Assembly (NCBI GenBank): GCA_025558095.1
Contig: JAIVFI010000013.1
Span: forward strand, 186,001 to 250,000
Source of the DNA: Hyaloraphidium curvatum SAG 235-1
Taxonomy: Eukaryota > Fungi > Monoblepharomycota
Direction: 5' to 3'
DNA length: 64,000 nt
The notes beneath the pieces were generated by a model. The model was not told where the DNA came from, did no database searches, and saw nothing but the letters and a program-made list of their open reading frames with translations. Every line of letters begins with the position of its first letter. The stretch's first letter is position 1. Position numbers and translations under genes: made by a program. Shown piece after piece: positions 23,915 through 36,299 of the stretch.

Positions 23915-25206
23915 ATGAGCGACAACGTGGCTCACGCGCTTGCCGGAGCCGGAGGCGGCATCCTCAGCATGGCCCTGACGTACCCGCTGGGTGAGGACGG
24001 CCGAAGGCCAGCAGTTTCGCCACATATTGACCGAAACCGCGGGGATCAGTCAACGTCTCCATGCGGTCTTCCGTTCAGGCCAAGCAGGCCGGCGGTAAGC
24101 CCGTCAGCCAGATTGACGTGGCCAAGAACGTCGTCAAGGAGGAAGGTGTTGCCGGCCTCTACAGGTGGGATTGGTCGCTTCGTTGACAACAGAGCATTCT
24201 GACGAAGCGCGCGATCGGCTGCGGCGTACCCCCTCCAGCGGCGTCGAGAGCGCGCTGTACGGCGTCGCTCTGACCAACGGCATCTACTACTACTTCTACG
24301 AGGCCGTCAAGGCCGCTTTCGAGAGTGCCGCGGGTGTGAAGCGCGCCATGACGACCTTCGAGAGCATGGCTTCGGGTGCCGTCGCCGGTGAGCACGAACG
24401 ACGGCAGCCTTGTGTCGGTCCCAACTCACTTTCGTTCCCAGGCGCTGCCACCGCGATCGCGACGAACCCTGTTTGGGTGAGATTGACACGCAGATCGACA
24501 AGATCGCACCCTCATTCCCTTCTCCCGTGACAGGTGGTCAACACTCGCCTCGCTGTCCGCAAGGACACGCTGGACGAAACCACTGGGGAAAAGAAGGCCG
24601 TGGCGTCCAAGTCGACTTTTCAGGCGGCGCAGGAGGTTTACCGCGAGGAGGGCATCCAGGGTTTCTTCAAGGGCGTCGTCCCCGCCCTGATCCTCGTGAT
24701 CAACCCTATCATCCAGTACACGGTCTTCGAGCAGCTGAAAGCCTGGATTGAGAAGAGCCGGAAGCTGACGAACTGGGACTTTTTCTGGCTCGGCGCCGTC
24801 AGCAAACTGGCCGCCACCGGAACGACCTACCCGTACATGTGAGGGGATGCCACCCGCTCCAGTTTGAGTGGCCCCATTGACGATCACGCCAGCGTCGTCA
24901 AGCAGCGGATGCAGCTGAAGCAAGGCACGGACGAAAAGACCCGCTACAGCTCCGTGCTCGATGGTTTCCAAAAGATCCTGAAATACGAGGGTGTCGGTGG
25001 CTTCTATAAGGTCGGTTAGCCGCTACACTGCCATCAGGTTGTCTCGCTCACTTTTGTCTCTTCAGGGTCTCGAATCTAAGCTGATGCAGTCCATCCTCAC
25101 CGCCGCCTTCCTCTTCATGTCGAAAGAGATCCTGTTCGAGTACGCGGTGCGGCTTCTCGTCATGCTGGGCGCACGGCCGAAGCCGGCCCCGATCAAGCAG
25201 GCATGA
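23915..25206 (+). CDS. Peroxisomal adenine-nucleotide/cofactor carrier (PMP47/PMP34, SLC25A17-like); multi-exon
   Basis: MSDNVAHALAGAGGGILSMALTYPL, ATNPVW/VVNTR, LILVINPIIQYTVFEQLK, LGAVSKLAATGTTYPY, GLESKLMQSILTAAFLF. Confidence 0.9.
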
Positions 25207-25309
25207 TGGTCAGGTCTTGCGACTCTTCTTCATGTACACTTCTATGGAATGCCGAAGAGGGTATCACAAAAGGATGAACTAACACCCGCGCCGCCGCGCC
25301 GTGCCAACA

Positions 25310-26474
25310 TCACGGGTTCGACAGCAGAAGAAGCTCCTTTTTGACGTTCTGGCATTTCAACTTCAGAATCTTGACCGCTTCGCGAAAGAGTTCGTCCGGA
25401 GGAAGAATGCCCGTGGATTCCACCGAGACTGCAGATTTGGAACGAAAGGTTAATGAAAAGACACCAGTGGTAACCGGCAGACCTTACAAATGAAGTGATC
25501 CCGCACCCTCCCGAGCCGCACCTTGTCGGCAAACTCGGGATGGCGCAGTACCTCGCGACTGACAGTGTCCTTCCTGGGGTTCACGATCCGGGCCTCCTTC
25601 TCCCCGTCGTCGTTCACGAACACCTCCGCCACGCCAGGAGGAAAGCATCCGACAAAATTTTCCGCGTCGTCGCCCGTTATCGGCTCCAGGATGGTGATCT
25701 CCGGCAGCAAACGGTACGACGCCGTGGCAACGGGCGAAAACTTGGCGTGGTCCTTCCCTATGCCCTTGACGGCATGCATGTCCATTTCAATCATCTGATT
25801 CGGCCTCATCTTGGCGATGAGGATGTCCGGGTGCACCGGCTTGAACTCCCGGCCGGGCGCGTTGGTGGGCGACGGTACGAAAACAATGTCCCGCGAGTAC
25901 ACGGAGGAGTGGAGGTACTTGTCTGCGGGCTCCACAGCATTGACAGGCGCATCCGGATTGACTTTGCACGCCACGTTGAGCCGGAAGGAGATTGTGGTGA
26001 CGTCGTTGTGCTCTCCGTAGCCCGGGATGGGATCTCGTTCTAGCGGGAGCCCCAACCGCGTGAGAAGCGCTTCGAGGGCGAAGTTGGGCACCACGCACCC
26101 CATTCAAACTCTCGCGGATCCGCCTTGATGGGGATCAGGCCCAGCCGCTGCGCCACGATTTCGTCCTGGACGATGGACGTGTTTTGCAGCGAGTAGACCC
26201 GCTCAATCGCCATCGTCGGGACCTCGGCGATCAGGATCCGCCGGAAGGCGTTCGCCACGGAAGCGTCGACGCCAATCATGTCGAACTCCATGTCGTTGCC
26301 CTCGAGCTTCGTGACGACGATTTTGAAGTTCTTCTTGAAGGACGCGAGGTTCCACGACAGGTCCTCCCCCGGGAACGAGCCCGGGTACTCGTTGCTCGTA
26401 ACGCTCGACACGTGGTCGGCATGGAGCGAGACATGCTTGCGTTGGTAGTCGCTCCGCTCGCGGAAGTCCGCCAT
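25310..26474 (-). CDS. RPC40: RNA polymerase I/III shared subunit AC40
   Basis: MEFDMIGVDASVANAFRRILIAEVPTMAIE, NTSIVQDEIVAQRLGLIPI, GIGKDHAKFSPVATASYRLLP, KDTVSREVLRH, F/SVESTG. Confidence 0.96.
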
Positions 26475-26899
26475 CGTGGGGGGACTCGTCCTGGTTTGTC
26501 GTTTTGATTGGATTGCCTTCTCCGCCCATCCCGGCCCACCTAGTCCGCACCGGCTTGGGCGGTGTATAGGCCCTCGCCTTCTTCCCCTAACACCACGACG
26601 CCCATTTGAGAAACAGTCAATGATGATTGTTTCAATTTTGATCCACTTGCTCCCCTGTATGGAGCTGTGGAAGGCCCGATCATCGAATCAGTGTTCCAAT
26701 CAGGACCCCAATCAGCACCGTGTAGCTCAGGAGGATTGATCGTTTCAGTTTTGAGGAGCTGAAAGCTGGAAGAGATTGGATCTCCCGACGGGGGTAGGCT
26801 CGATCAGCCGTTTTCGTTTCGGAAGCAGATTTTCCGCGCGCGGCCCAGGCCATTTTAGCCTCGCTTGCGCTGCCAACCCGCGAACCGCGCGCGCCTTCA

Positions 26900-28216
26900 A
26901 TGGCGGCCGAGGCGGCCTCTCCGATGCTTGGCTCCACTCTGTTCGGCGACTTTGGGAAGCAGCGGGACGTCGTCCGGCGCGACACGGACGGGACGCTGGT
27001 CGGCGGGGGATCGTCAGACTCTGACTCCCTCGGCGGGCGGCTCTCGCCAAGCGCGTCTCCCGTGTCGGTCGCGGTCCCCGACTTGGAGGGCAACCTGAAC
27101 GAAGTGCAGCGCGACGCGCTTCGGCGCCTGCGCGCCTTGCTGGACGAGTCGCCCCACGGGTCGACGTTCCAACGGCACCAGAAGAACCCTTACGAAACGG
27201 TCGAGCATCTCCTTCTTCGGTTCCTCCGCGCCCGCTCCTACAACGTTTCTGCGGCATGGCAGATGCTGAAGGCGGATTTGGACTGGCGGTGAGCCTTGGC
27301 GGTGCCTGTCGTGGAACCGACTCTTGACCGTTTGCCACCGCTGTCACCCAACCTCTGAATCGCGCGCAATCCGGCATCAATCCGTCGAATCTCCCTGTGG
27401 TGCGGGTTTATCTTCTTTGTCTCGTGCGCTGGTCCTCGTTGCTGCGCCGATCTCTCCCATTTCTTCGCACGATGTGGCCATGCGTCGCAAGAGAGGAGAA
27501 CGACATCGCAAGCCTGACCAGCCGGTCTCCCGACGACGTGCTGGGCTGTCCCGTGGGCGTGATGTTCGAGCAAATGCCGATTTGGGTGCAGGGCTTCGAT
27601 CGAAAGGGTCGCCCTGTTGTCTACCGAGGGTGAGTTTCCATGCACGACAAACGCAACGTCAGTGTCTGACTATCGGTCAGGTTCGGACACACCTGGGTCT
27701 CGCGCGTTCTGGAGCGCACCACGTTGGACGGGATGCTCAACTACCACACGTACCTCAACGAGGTGTTCTGCGAGGCGCTGGGTCCGGCGTCCGAGAAGGC
27801 GGGGCACCTCGTCGATACGTTCACATTCGTCGTGGATGCCAGGGGGTGGCATGTCGGTCTGGCGACGAAAGCTGCATACGGATTTCTTCGCGGGATGTCG
27901 GTTTCCGATGCCGCGCACTACCCCGAGAGATTGGGTCGGATCGTCGTCATCAATTCGCCATTCCTCATCCACACGGGTAAGTTGCTGTACTATTGCTCTT
28001 CGCCCGCACGGACTGCTTACATGGTGCTGCACAGCATGGAGGATTATTTCTGCCTGGCTTGATCCCGTGACGCGAGCAAAAGTCAGCATCGTTTCGGAAA
28101 AGGACACCAAGGCAGTTCTGGACGAGCTGATTGCGCCGGAGGAGTTGATCGACGACTATGGCGGAAAGGCGAGGTCGCAGCGGCCTTTGGATCCCAACGG
28201 AAAGCCGTACTGGTGA
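26900..28216 (+). CDS. CRAL-TRIO / Sec14-like lipid-binding protein
   Basis: LLLRFLRARSYNVSAAWQML, GFDRKGRPVVY, HYPERLGRIVVINSPF, WRIISAWLDPVTRAKV, LIDDYGG. Confidence 0.92.
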
Positions 28217-28289
28217 AATTCATTTCAAGCAATGTGCATACCCAACAAAGTCTTCTTGTGTGAAGCTTCGCAATACACCAACGTGCCAT

Positions 28290-30611
28290 TCACCGTTCCT
28301 CGACGTAGTTGGCCGGGAACAGGCCAATCTCGCCTCGCGCGTTTTTCCCCTTCCACCACCCTTCATCGATTTTCTCTATGTCAGTGATCACCTCCCCGTC
28401 CGCAAACGAAATTTCGTTGCTTTCTTGCGCCTCGTAATCAAAAACGGCGTCGGCGACGATGCCCGCCGCACGGGCAGGTGCGGGCGGCGCCGCAACGGCC
28501 GCCGCAACCGGGGGAGGGGCGTAGGAAGCCGCTGGCGGAGGGGCGTAGGAAGCCACCGGCGGAGGGGCGTAGGAAGCGACCGGCGGAGGCGGAGCAAAGG
28601 CAGGCGGCGGTGGGGCCTTGAAGAACTTCAGCTTAGCTACCGGCCATCAGTCAGAACGCAGAGCAAACTTACCGCGGCAGCAACTTCCTCCACATAGGTT
28701 GAGGGGAACAAGCCAATCTGTACGGAAGTAAAGACATAAGTCACTTTCCACGCCACCGCAATTGCACGTTCACTCGCCTCGCCCGCCGCATTTTTGCCCT
28801 TCCACCACCCTTCGTCCACTTTTTCAATGCTGGTAATCAGCTCCCCGTCCGCAAAAGAGATCTCGTTGTCCTCCGCCTTCTCGTAGTCGTAGATGGCCTT
28901 GGCCGTGATACCACCGGACGCGGCCGCAGGAGGCGGCGCCGCGACCCGGGCTGCGGCAGCACGGCGATCCTCCTCCTCCTGCCGTTTCCGTTCATCCGCC
29001 TCCCGCCGCGCCCGATCCTCGGCGTCCTTCCTCGCGCGTTCCTCCGCGTCGCGCTTGCGGGCCTCCTCTTCCCTCTTTCGCCTCGCCGCATCCTCCTCCT
29101 CCCTCTGGCGCCGCGCTTCATCATCGCGGCGCCTTCGGTCCTCTTCTTCCTGCCTGCGGTTCTCCTCTTCTTCCGCCCGCTTCCTGTCATCTTCTTCCCT
29201 GTCATAGGTCGGGCGCGGAGGCGGGGCAACCGCGACGGGAACGGGAGGAGGCGCCACGGGTGCCCGGGCTGCCGCAGGAGGCACACCCTTCCTGGCCTCT
29301 TCGCGGCGGCGCTGCTCTTCTTCGGCCTCGGTATCCAAAGCTCCTTGCCTTGCGCGAGTCATTGCTGCAAGTTCGGCCTCCCGGCGGGCGCGTTCGGATG
29401 AGGCGTCGTTCCCGGCGCTGATGTCCGGCACGTAGTCGGTCGAGCGCTGCTTGCGGATCGCAGCCAATTCGGCCTAGATAAGGCGATCAGATCGGTTACG
29501 ATAAAGGCGGCACCGACAGTATAAGGATACGCACCTCGCGGGCCGCACGATCATCCTTGGCAGCCGGGGCAGAGACGTCGTCCGCGCTGCTCCTCGCCTT
29601 CCGCAGTGCCTCCAATTCGGCCTCCCTCGCCTTCCTCGCGTCTTCCCCGGACGACGCCCGGGCTTCAGCGGGCGCGGCCGCAGATGCCTTCGAGGCCTCG
29701 CGCTCGCGAGCCTCGCGGTCGGCTTGCTCCCTCTTGGCGCGTTCCTCGGCAACTCGCTTGTCCGTCTGCGAGGCGGCCGAGGTAGCGAAGCGGTTGCCCG
29801 AGATAGGCTTGGGCTCAGGGAGGGTCTTGCTAACCGGCTGATAGGCGCTCCCCTGCCACCACAGTCAGTCCAATCATAAGGGTGATCGAGGGCAATAGAA
29901 CTCACAACTGGCTCCGGAGGCGGCTCAACCTTGCTCGCTTTCGGAATATCAACCACGGTCTTCTTGTACACCGAACCCTGAGAAAGTAAGAAGTGTCAAC
30001 GACGCTAGTGATCCGCGAAAGGAGGCCGGGATACCAACCACGGGCTCTGGGGGCAGCTCCGGCTTGGCCACCTCGTTGTGGATCGAGTACTTGGCCCCGC
30101 TCGCGTCCCGGACCTTCTTCTTGATGTTGGCCGGATCGACATCGGCGTCGTGGCGCGCGTTGATGGTGACGTGGGCTCCCTGGTCAGGCACGCGTTAGGA
30201 TGACCGGCACTGCGTGCCTGCGACGATGCTCCCCCGACCTTGAAGAACCGCTGCACCTCGGCGTTGTGCGTGGCAAAGATGCCCTTGTCCGGCACGCCCT
30301 CGCCGCACCAGCCGATGAAGACGAACTTGGGCAGGCCCGAGATGTCGTCGACGACGCGCGCAAACGCGTACTGGATCTTTCCGTCGCCTTTCCGCGCGTC
30401 ATCGATCCGTGTGCGATTCCAGAAAGCGAGCGGACCCACTGAACTCGTCCGTGAGGTCATCCAGACCCGAGCCCATCTTGTTCACTTTGAGCGTGTCCCG
30501 GCCCAGGTAGCCCGTGAGCACCCAGTCGATGGACGACTTGGGGTCCAGGACTTTCTGGTAGGCATCGTTCAGGTCGCGTCCGTACTGCGAGAGGTTGAGC
30601 GGCGTCCCCAT
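28290..30611 (-). CDS. ABP1: Abp1/drebrin-like actin-binding protein: ADF-H, charged coiled coil and two SH3 domains
   Basis: IDWVLTGY, IQYAFARV..LPKFVFIGWCGEGV, GAHVTINAR..ASGAKYS; two SH3 domains (YDYE..NEISFADGE..IEK.DEGWWKG..IGLFP..YV). Confidence 0.9.
28512..28592 (-). repeat. Coding 24-nt repeat x3 (xASYAPPP) between the Abp1 SH3 domains
   Basis: ggaggggcgtaggaagc occurs three times at 24-nt spacing. Confidence 0.85.
28718..28777 (-). other. GC-AG intron (60 nt) inside SH3-1 of Abp1
   Basis: GAG|gcgagt...tacag|ATT; removal gives WWKGKNAAGE-IGLFP, collinear with SH3-2 WWKGKNARGEIGLFP. Confidence 0.88.
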
Positions 30612-30888
30612 CGTTCGTCGCGGAGGGGGCGGAGTCTTGGTTGCTGAGCTGACGTTGAGAGAGCTCCGCGTCCGAGCTCCGATCAAAGCCTGTCCACGAA
30701 ACAACGACTGACGACGAAACCGATTCAAATCGAGGATATCTAGTGACTGCAATGGATTTGCGTGCAATGTACAGTATTGTCCTCGCTGTGGGATATAAGC
30801 CTTGGTTGAAGTTTTCTTGATTCCCTTCCATTCCCTGGACGCCTTGGTATCGTGCTTCCATGCTCGTGTGATTCGAATGCTCTGGCGC

Positions 30889-32059
30889 TCAGTTCTCGAG
30901 GCCGCCAGCGAGCATCTCCTGAAGAGGGAACAGCTAGCGTTAGAACCGGGGAGATGATTGCAGATCAGGCCGGCGCACCTTGATCTTGGCCGAAAGGTCC
31001 TCGACGCCGTCGACCGCAATTTCGCGGCCGTCGCGGAGCACCTTGCTGGACTTGATAGGGGCCGAGACGTCGACGCCATCCGTCACGATCTCCTTGAACT
31101 GGTCGTGGTGTGAGAGGCCGATCGAGGAAAAGTCAGCACAACGCACCTCCTCGGCGGTGACGGGCTCGTCGAACTCGGGCTCCTCGTCCTCCTCCTCGTC
31201 CTCCTCATCCTCCTGGTCGACCTGCAGGGGAGTGATCGTGAGCGAACGGAAACGGCGACCATGCACATCAACGCACGGGGGTCTCTTCGTCCTCGGCAGC
31301 GGCTTCTTCGGCCTCGGGTGCGTCGGCCTCGTCGGCGACGCTGTCGTTCTCTTCATCGGAGGCCTCGTACTCGCCGTCCTCTTCATCGTCGCTCTTATTG
31401 AGTCACAGAAGGTCAGAATCGAGTTTGTTCCCATCAGCGATCCCTCCTACCTCGAATTCGCCCTTCTCGATGGTGGTGGCACGCAGCTCGCTGAACACCT
31501 GCTTGCCGGAGCGGAGCACCTGGGTGGGGTTGAAGATTCCGTCCTACGGAATGGAGATGCGAGGTTGATGGAAAGTGATTAGGGCGGACTGCACAGGATG
31601 CGAACCTTCTGGTACGAGAGGGGAATCTGGGCGTCGGAGACGACGTCGACGACTTCCTCCATCGTGATCTCCTCGTCGGCCTCCTCTTCCTCCGACTCGA
31701 GGGACTCCATGTCGCTCTCCGCGGCGGCGGCCTGCTCGCCCTCGGCGGCCTCGGGCGCGTCAACCTCCTCCTCGATGTCCTCGCTCTCGGACTCTTCGGC
31801 GTAGGACTCATCATCCGTGTCTTCGTTCTGCGAGGGGAGGATGGCCGGTGGGGCGGCGGTCCCGGGGGAGGGGAGAGGTCAGCGAATCACGGGGCGATGC
31901 GGGCCGGGGCCGCGGCAGGCGGCGGCGGATGAGTGCTTTGCTCACCATCGGGTCTGGGCCGAGGAGGCGCTCGAGGTCGGCCTTCGCGGCGCGCTTGGCG
32001 GCGGACAGTTCGGGCGCGGCGGCCGCGACGTCGGGGGTCGGAGCTCCGGCGAGGGCCAT
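30889..32059 (-). CDS. Highly acidic uncharacterised protein with two repeats ending in VLRxG(K/R); multi-exon
   Basis: Spliced D/E-rich exons; EITMEEVVDVVSD..NPTQVLRSGKQV and PVTAEE/FKEIVTD..SSKVLRDGREI; canonical introns; ends EMLAGGLEN*. Confidence 0.7.
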
Positions 32060-32217
32060 CTCTTGCGCGGTCGACGAGAGAATCTTGGCGGCGGCAAAGG
32101 GCGAGAAGGCGGGCGCTGCTGGATCCGGGACGGCGGGCCGGCGAATTCACGACTGATGGAGGGAAGGATACGAGCGCGCGCGATGATCACCCTCGCTCCA
32201 CTTCCCCACGCCCGGGC

Positions 32218-34340
32218 ATGGACCGCCGGCCATCGCCTCGGGCTGTCCCGCCGAGGCATTCGGCGGCCACTTATGAGCTCTATGCGCGGACATTCCGGCC
32301 CCCGAGGCTGCACGAGCTGCCCGCCCTCGATGCGGAGCTGCAGATGCTCGTGTACCTCGTCTTGCGGGACTTTGTGGGCACCTGGTACACCGGGATCTCG
32401 GGACACGACGACTTTTACGCCGAGGTGGTGAAGACGTTGTGCTCGGTGGTGTCGTCGATACAGGAAAGGCTGGCCAAGGTCGGCAGCGTCCGTCTTTGTC
32501 TCCCCGGGCCCTTCACTTATTGCTCTGCAGATCGACGTCGTACAACTGGCGATGGAGGAGCTGCCGATCTTGCTCGCGGAGCATGTGCGCAATTTTCGGG
32601 AATCGGAGTCCCTTTTTGGCACGCTTGCAGACGGAGGAGCCGCCTCTGTCGCGGAGCTTTTCCAGCGCCGAATGCCGCACCCCGGGATGTCGTCACGGGA
32701 AGCTATGCTGGACCATCTGAGGGCCATTGTCGACCTGGGACTGCATGCCTTGCTACCAGCCAGCGAGGTCGGCGCCGAGGCGCTCCGATTACTGGTCAGA
32801 GAAGCAATCACTGTCCCCGGGCTGGCCGGCATGCTGGAACGTTTCTCGGAGCCCGACTTTATTGCGGATGCTGTTCTGAAGGTTGGAGCTTGATCTTACT
32901 CTGCCGTATTCACGGGAAGCTAATCCTGATCAGTTGCTGGCCGCACTCGATGCTTCCGGAGGTGAGGAAGTTCCTCTGGAAACAGAGAAACCAAAAGCTC
33001 GTCGACCATGGCACCGCGTGGTCAGCTCCCAGACCGTACAGCCCGTCGTCGTGCGGCAGCTGCACGTACTTGCCAGCTCAGGAACGGAAAAGCCCGCGGC
33101 TCCCTCGCCACCGCCCCGAACTTTCTTGTCGGACCTTTTGTCGGCGGAGGCATGGTCGGAACGCCTTTCGGGCGCCGCATTCGCCGCCGCAGAGCTTTTG
33201 AACACCGCCGCACGTGCGCTTGCGGATGCTGCCTGGCGTTTTCTCACGCAGCCGGCACCGCCCTCGCCTTCAAAATCATTCCGTCGAGAACAATATCCGC
33301 CTATCAACCGCACGGAGTCGGATCCCATGCCCGCCGAATATCCTTGGGAAGAGGACGAGATTGATTTCGAAGTGACGGAGCAGCTGCAGGAGGGTTCGTC
33401 TTCCGTCGCGACGAGCAGGGATCTGGCGCACTCCGAAGTCCTCGATTACGGCGGAGATCAAGATCTCGCGGCGCGCACGCCTATCTTTGCGACGCTTCAC
33501 GGCATTTACCTCCGCATATCGGCTTGGCGCCGGGCTGCTGCCCACGGTCCTTTTGCCATCGGACCTATCTCCGACACGCGTGTATACAGCGGGAAACGTG
33601 TGTATGGTGCATGGTTGGAGCTGGGAGGCGATATCCTAGGACTACGAGAGCGGGGTTCCCACGGGACGTGGGTTTGGGACCAGCTGCGATACGCCGCAGA
33701 GCCTCTTTTCATCTGGTTCGCGGGCAAGGACACGCTGAAGCGCGCGGCACTGGAGCTCCTGGCCGGAACCGTCTCCGGGCCCAGGTTTGCCACCTATTTG
33801 CGCCTGTTGCGCGCATCCATGTGGCCCAACGGCGAGCTGGCAAAGGGAGGTGCACGTCGCTCGGACGAAGAAAAGGCGGCTCTGTCCGCGTCGGCACTCA
33901 CCGCAGTGCGCGCACGGCTAGCGCCGGCCCTCTCGTTCGTGCTCGGCGATTCCTATTTGGACACGGAGCTTGCAACGTCGTGGCGTGCGTTCCAAAATCC
34001 GGCCGTCGTGCGCCATCTTCTGCTCCGCATCGTGGACGCGCTCGTGCTGCGTTTGTTCGCAGAGGAGCTGGAGGCGATCGCTGCTTCGGAGCCCAAGCTT
34101 GGGCCAGCAGCGCACGACACGGCCCCGGAGTCTCTCTCGCCAGAGCAGAGGCCCACGATCGTGCAAACGGAGATCTTGTCAGGCATGAACGACGATATAC
34201 GTGCAGGTCCCTTCGTGCCTTCGTCGCCGGTCAAAGCCGCCAGCTGGAGCCAACCGTCGGGGAGCCCCGTGGCGTCGACCAGATCCACGAAGGGCATTCT
34301 TGATCCGCTTTCTATCGACGCACGGGCCGGAAGACGGTAA
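32218..34340 (+). CDS. PXA-domain plus Nexin_C sorting-nexin-like protein (no recognisable PX or RGS domain)
   Basis: LDAELQMLVYLVLRDFVGTWYTGIS..DFYAEV (PXA); YLRLLRASMWPNG..RSDEEK and FQNPAVVRHLLLRIVDALVLRLF (Nexin_C). Confidence 0.8.
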
Positions 34341-34626
34341 CAGGGTGCCATTGTTTTTCTGTACATGCGCCTCGGCGCAATCGAAAATGTACACGATGAA
34401 ACCCCACGTTTGCCAAAATCCACTCGACGGACCCCAACAATCCACAACCCTGACGCAATAATGAACCGAACCGAAGCAAATCCATGCCGCGGCAGCAGAC
34501 GGGCGGCCACGATTTCATGCTCTGCGGCACCAATTTCAACCTCTACGGAAAGTCCAGATGACCAAAGTGCAGATGTCATTTCCAGCTCACGGCAAAACAG
34601 GCCGTTCCCAAGAAGTACGGATGCGG

Positions 34627-36299
34627 CTACCATCCGCCGAGGTTGTTCTTGACCACGCTGCCGATGAACGAAGCAACGCTCCTGGCGCCGTCAATGAGTC
34701 CCGGTGACGACGGTCGCTGCGCCGGATCAGACGCGTTTGCGGCAGCCGCAGCCGGCGCAGATGCGGGAGCGGCAGGCGGCTTCCGCGCTCCAAAAGAAAG
34801 GCCTTCATCCTCGCTCGACTCGTCGTCCTCGTCCTCGTCCATCTTTTGCGGCTCCGCCGGACCGCGCTGCACGAGCCCAATCTCAACGTCCGGATCGACA
34901 ATTTCGGGCCCAGTGCCGTCGTCGTCCTCGTCGTCCACTTTCAGGACGGACGGGGCTAAAGAGCCCGTGGTGGCAATGTTCTTCCGAGCGACCGAGCCGC
35001 GGCGCACTCGCCCGGCCGAACGCGAGACGCCCCGAAAAAGTGCCTCCTCCACGTCCTCCTCGCTTTCGTAGTCGTCCTCGGATCCGTAGACATCCTCCTC
35101 GGTGTACAGATCGAAAATGATGCGCTGCTCCACCTTGCGGCTGAAACGCAGGTGCTTGTCCTGCTGGGGAAAACCGTACGCATCGTCCCTCGACCCCTCA
35201 GAGTCCACGGCGGGGGAAACACCGGGTCCTCCGGTCTGCTGTACATCCTCCATCTTGCTCGCCGCCTCCGCGAGCAGGTCGGCCAGGTTCATGCGCGAGG
35301 CCGTCGGTTTCGGGTGGTGCGCACCCTGTTCCGCCGAAGGTGCGGGCGACCACTTGGGTTCGCCGTTCTCGATCATGGGGGTCCCCATGACCATGCGGCC
35401 GGATTTGCCGCCCGAAAGCGCGCCGGGGCCGAAGCGCATGTTCGAAAGGTCCGAAGTCGATTTCGAGCGCGCCATACCCGAAGAGCGCGACGAAAGCCGC
35501 CCGGGCGAGGTCGACCGCTTGCCCATCTTGAAGTCCTGCTCTGCCATGTTGTGCAGCAGCTCGCGCTCGCGCCGGATGACCGAGACGATGTCGTCGGCTT
35601 CGCGCTTCTTTAGCGCCGACTTCAAAGGCGGGTGGTGGTGACCGCCGTCGATGAGGTTCAGCTTCTCCAAAGAGTCCGACTTTGTCAGCGGCCGCGCATT
35701 CTCGCCCGTGCTGGGCGTCGACTGGCGCTGCACCAGATCGACTGCGCTTGCGGTCGCGATTATGCCCGAAGGGTTGGCGACCGTGCCACCGGCCCGGCGG
35801 TCATTCACAGGGGTAGCGTAGAAGATCGGGCCATAGAGCCAGCAAATGTCCGAATCCTTGAACCTGGATGCGCGGGGACGCCGGAATGAGCGACGCTGTT
35901 TGGGATGACCGGGGCGCGGAGAGCGGAAATCCGGCCCCTGCGGAAGTGCCCACCAGTTGAGCTCCGCGGGGTCCAGCTTCTGCAAATGGAACTTGTCCTG
36001 GAACCAACGCCGCCAAGACGCATTCTAGGGTGGTACAGCGGTCAGCTCGGCGCTCTGCGAGAAGCACAACTGGGGGCGCCACGCACCTCCAGGCGGCGGC
36101 CGTTGAACAGGTTGTCCTTGTGCTTCGTCGTGAAGCGCCAGCTCTTCTGCAAATCCGACTCGTCCCACGTGTGCGAGAAGTAATCGACGTGGCATGACCC
36201 CAGGTTGGTTACTGTAGAGTCGTCGGGATCCAGGGGTGCCCCAGCGAGCAGCTCCGTGACGTCGTGCGGCTGCGAATGCGGCCGCAGCACGTCCACCAT
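34627..36299 (-). CDS. Reg1-like PP1 regulatory protein (DUF1752 plus RVxF-type motif)
   Basis: HVDYFSHTWDESDLQKSW..NGRRLE/NASWRRW..LDPAELNW/FKDSDICWLYGP; LKSALKK; KHLRFSRKVEQRII. Confidence 0.88.
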
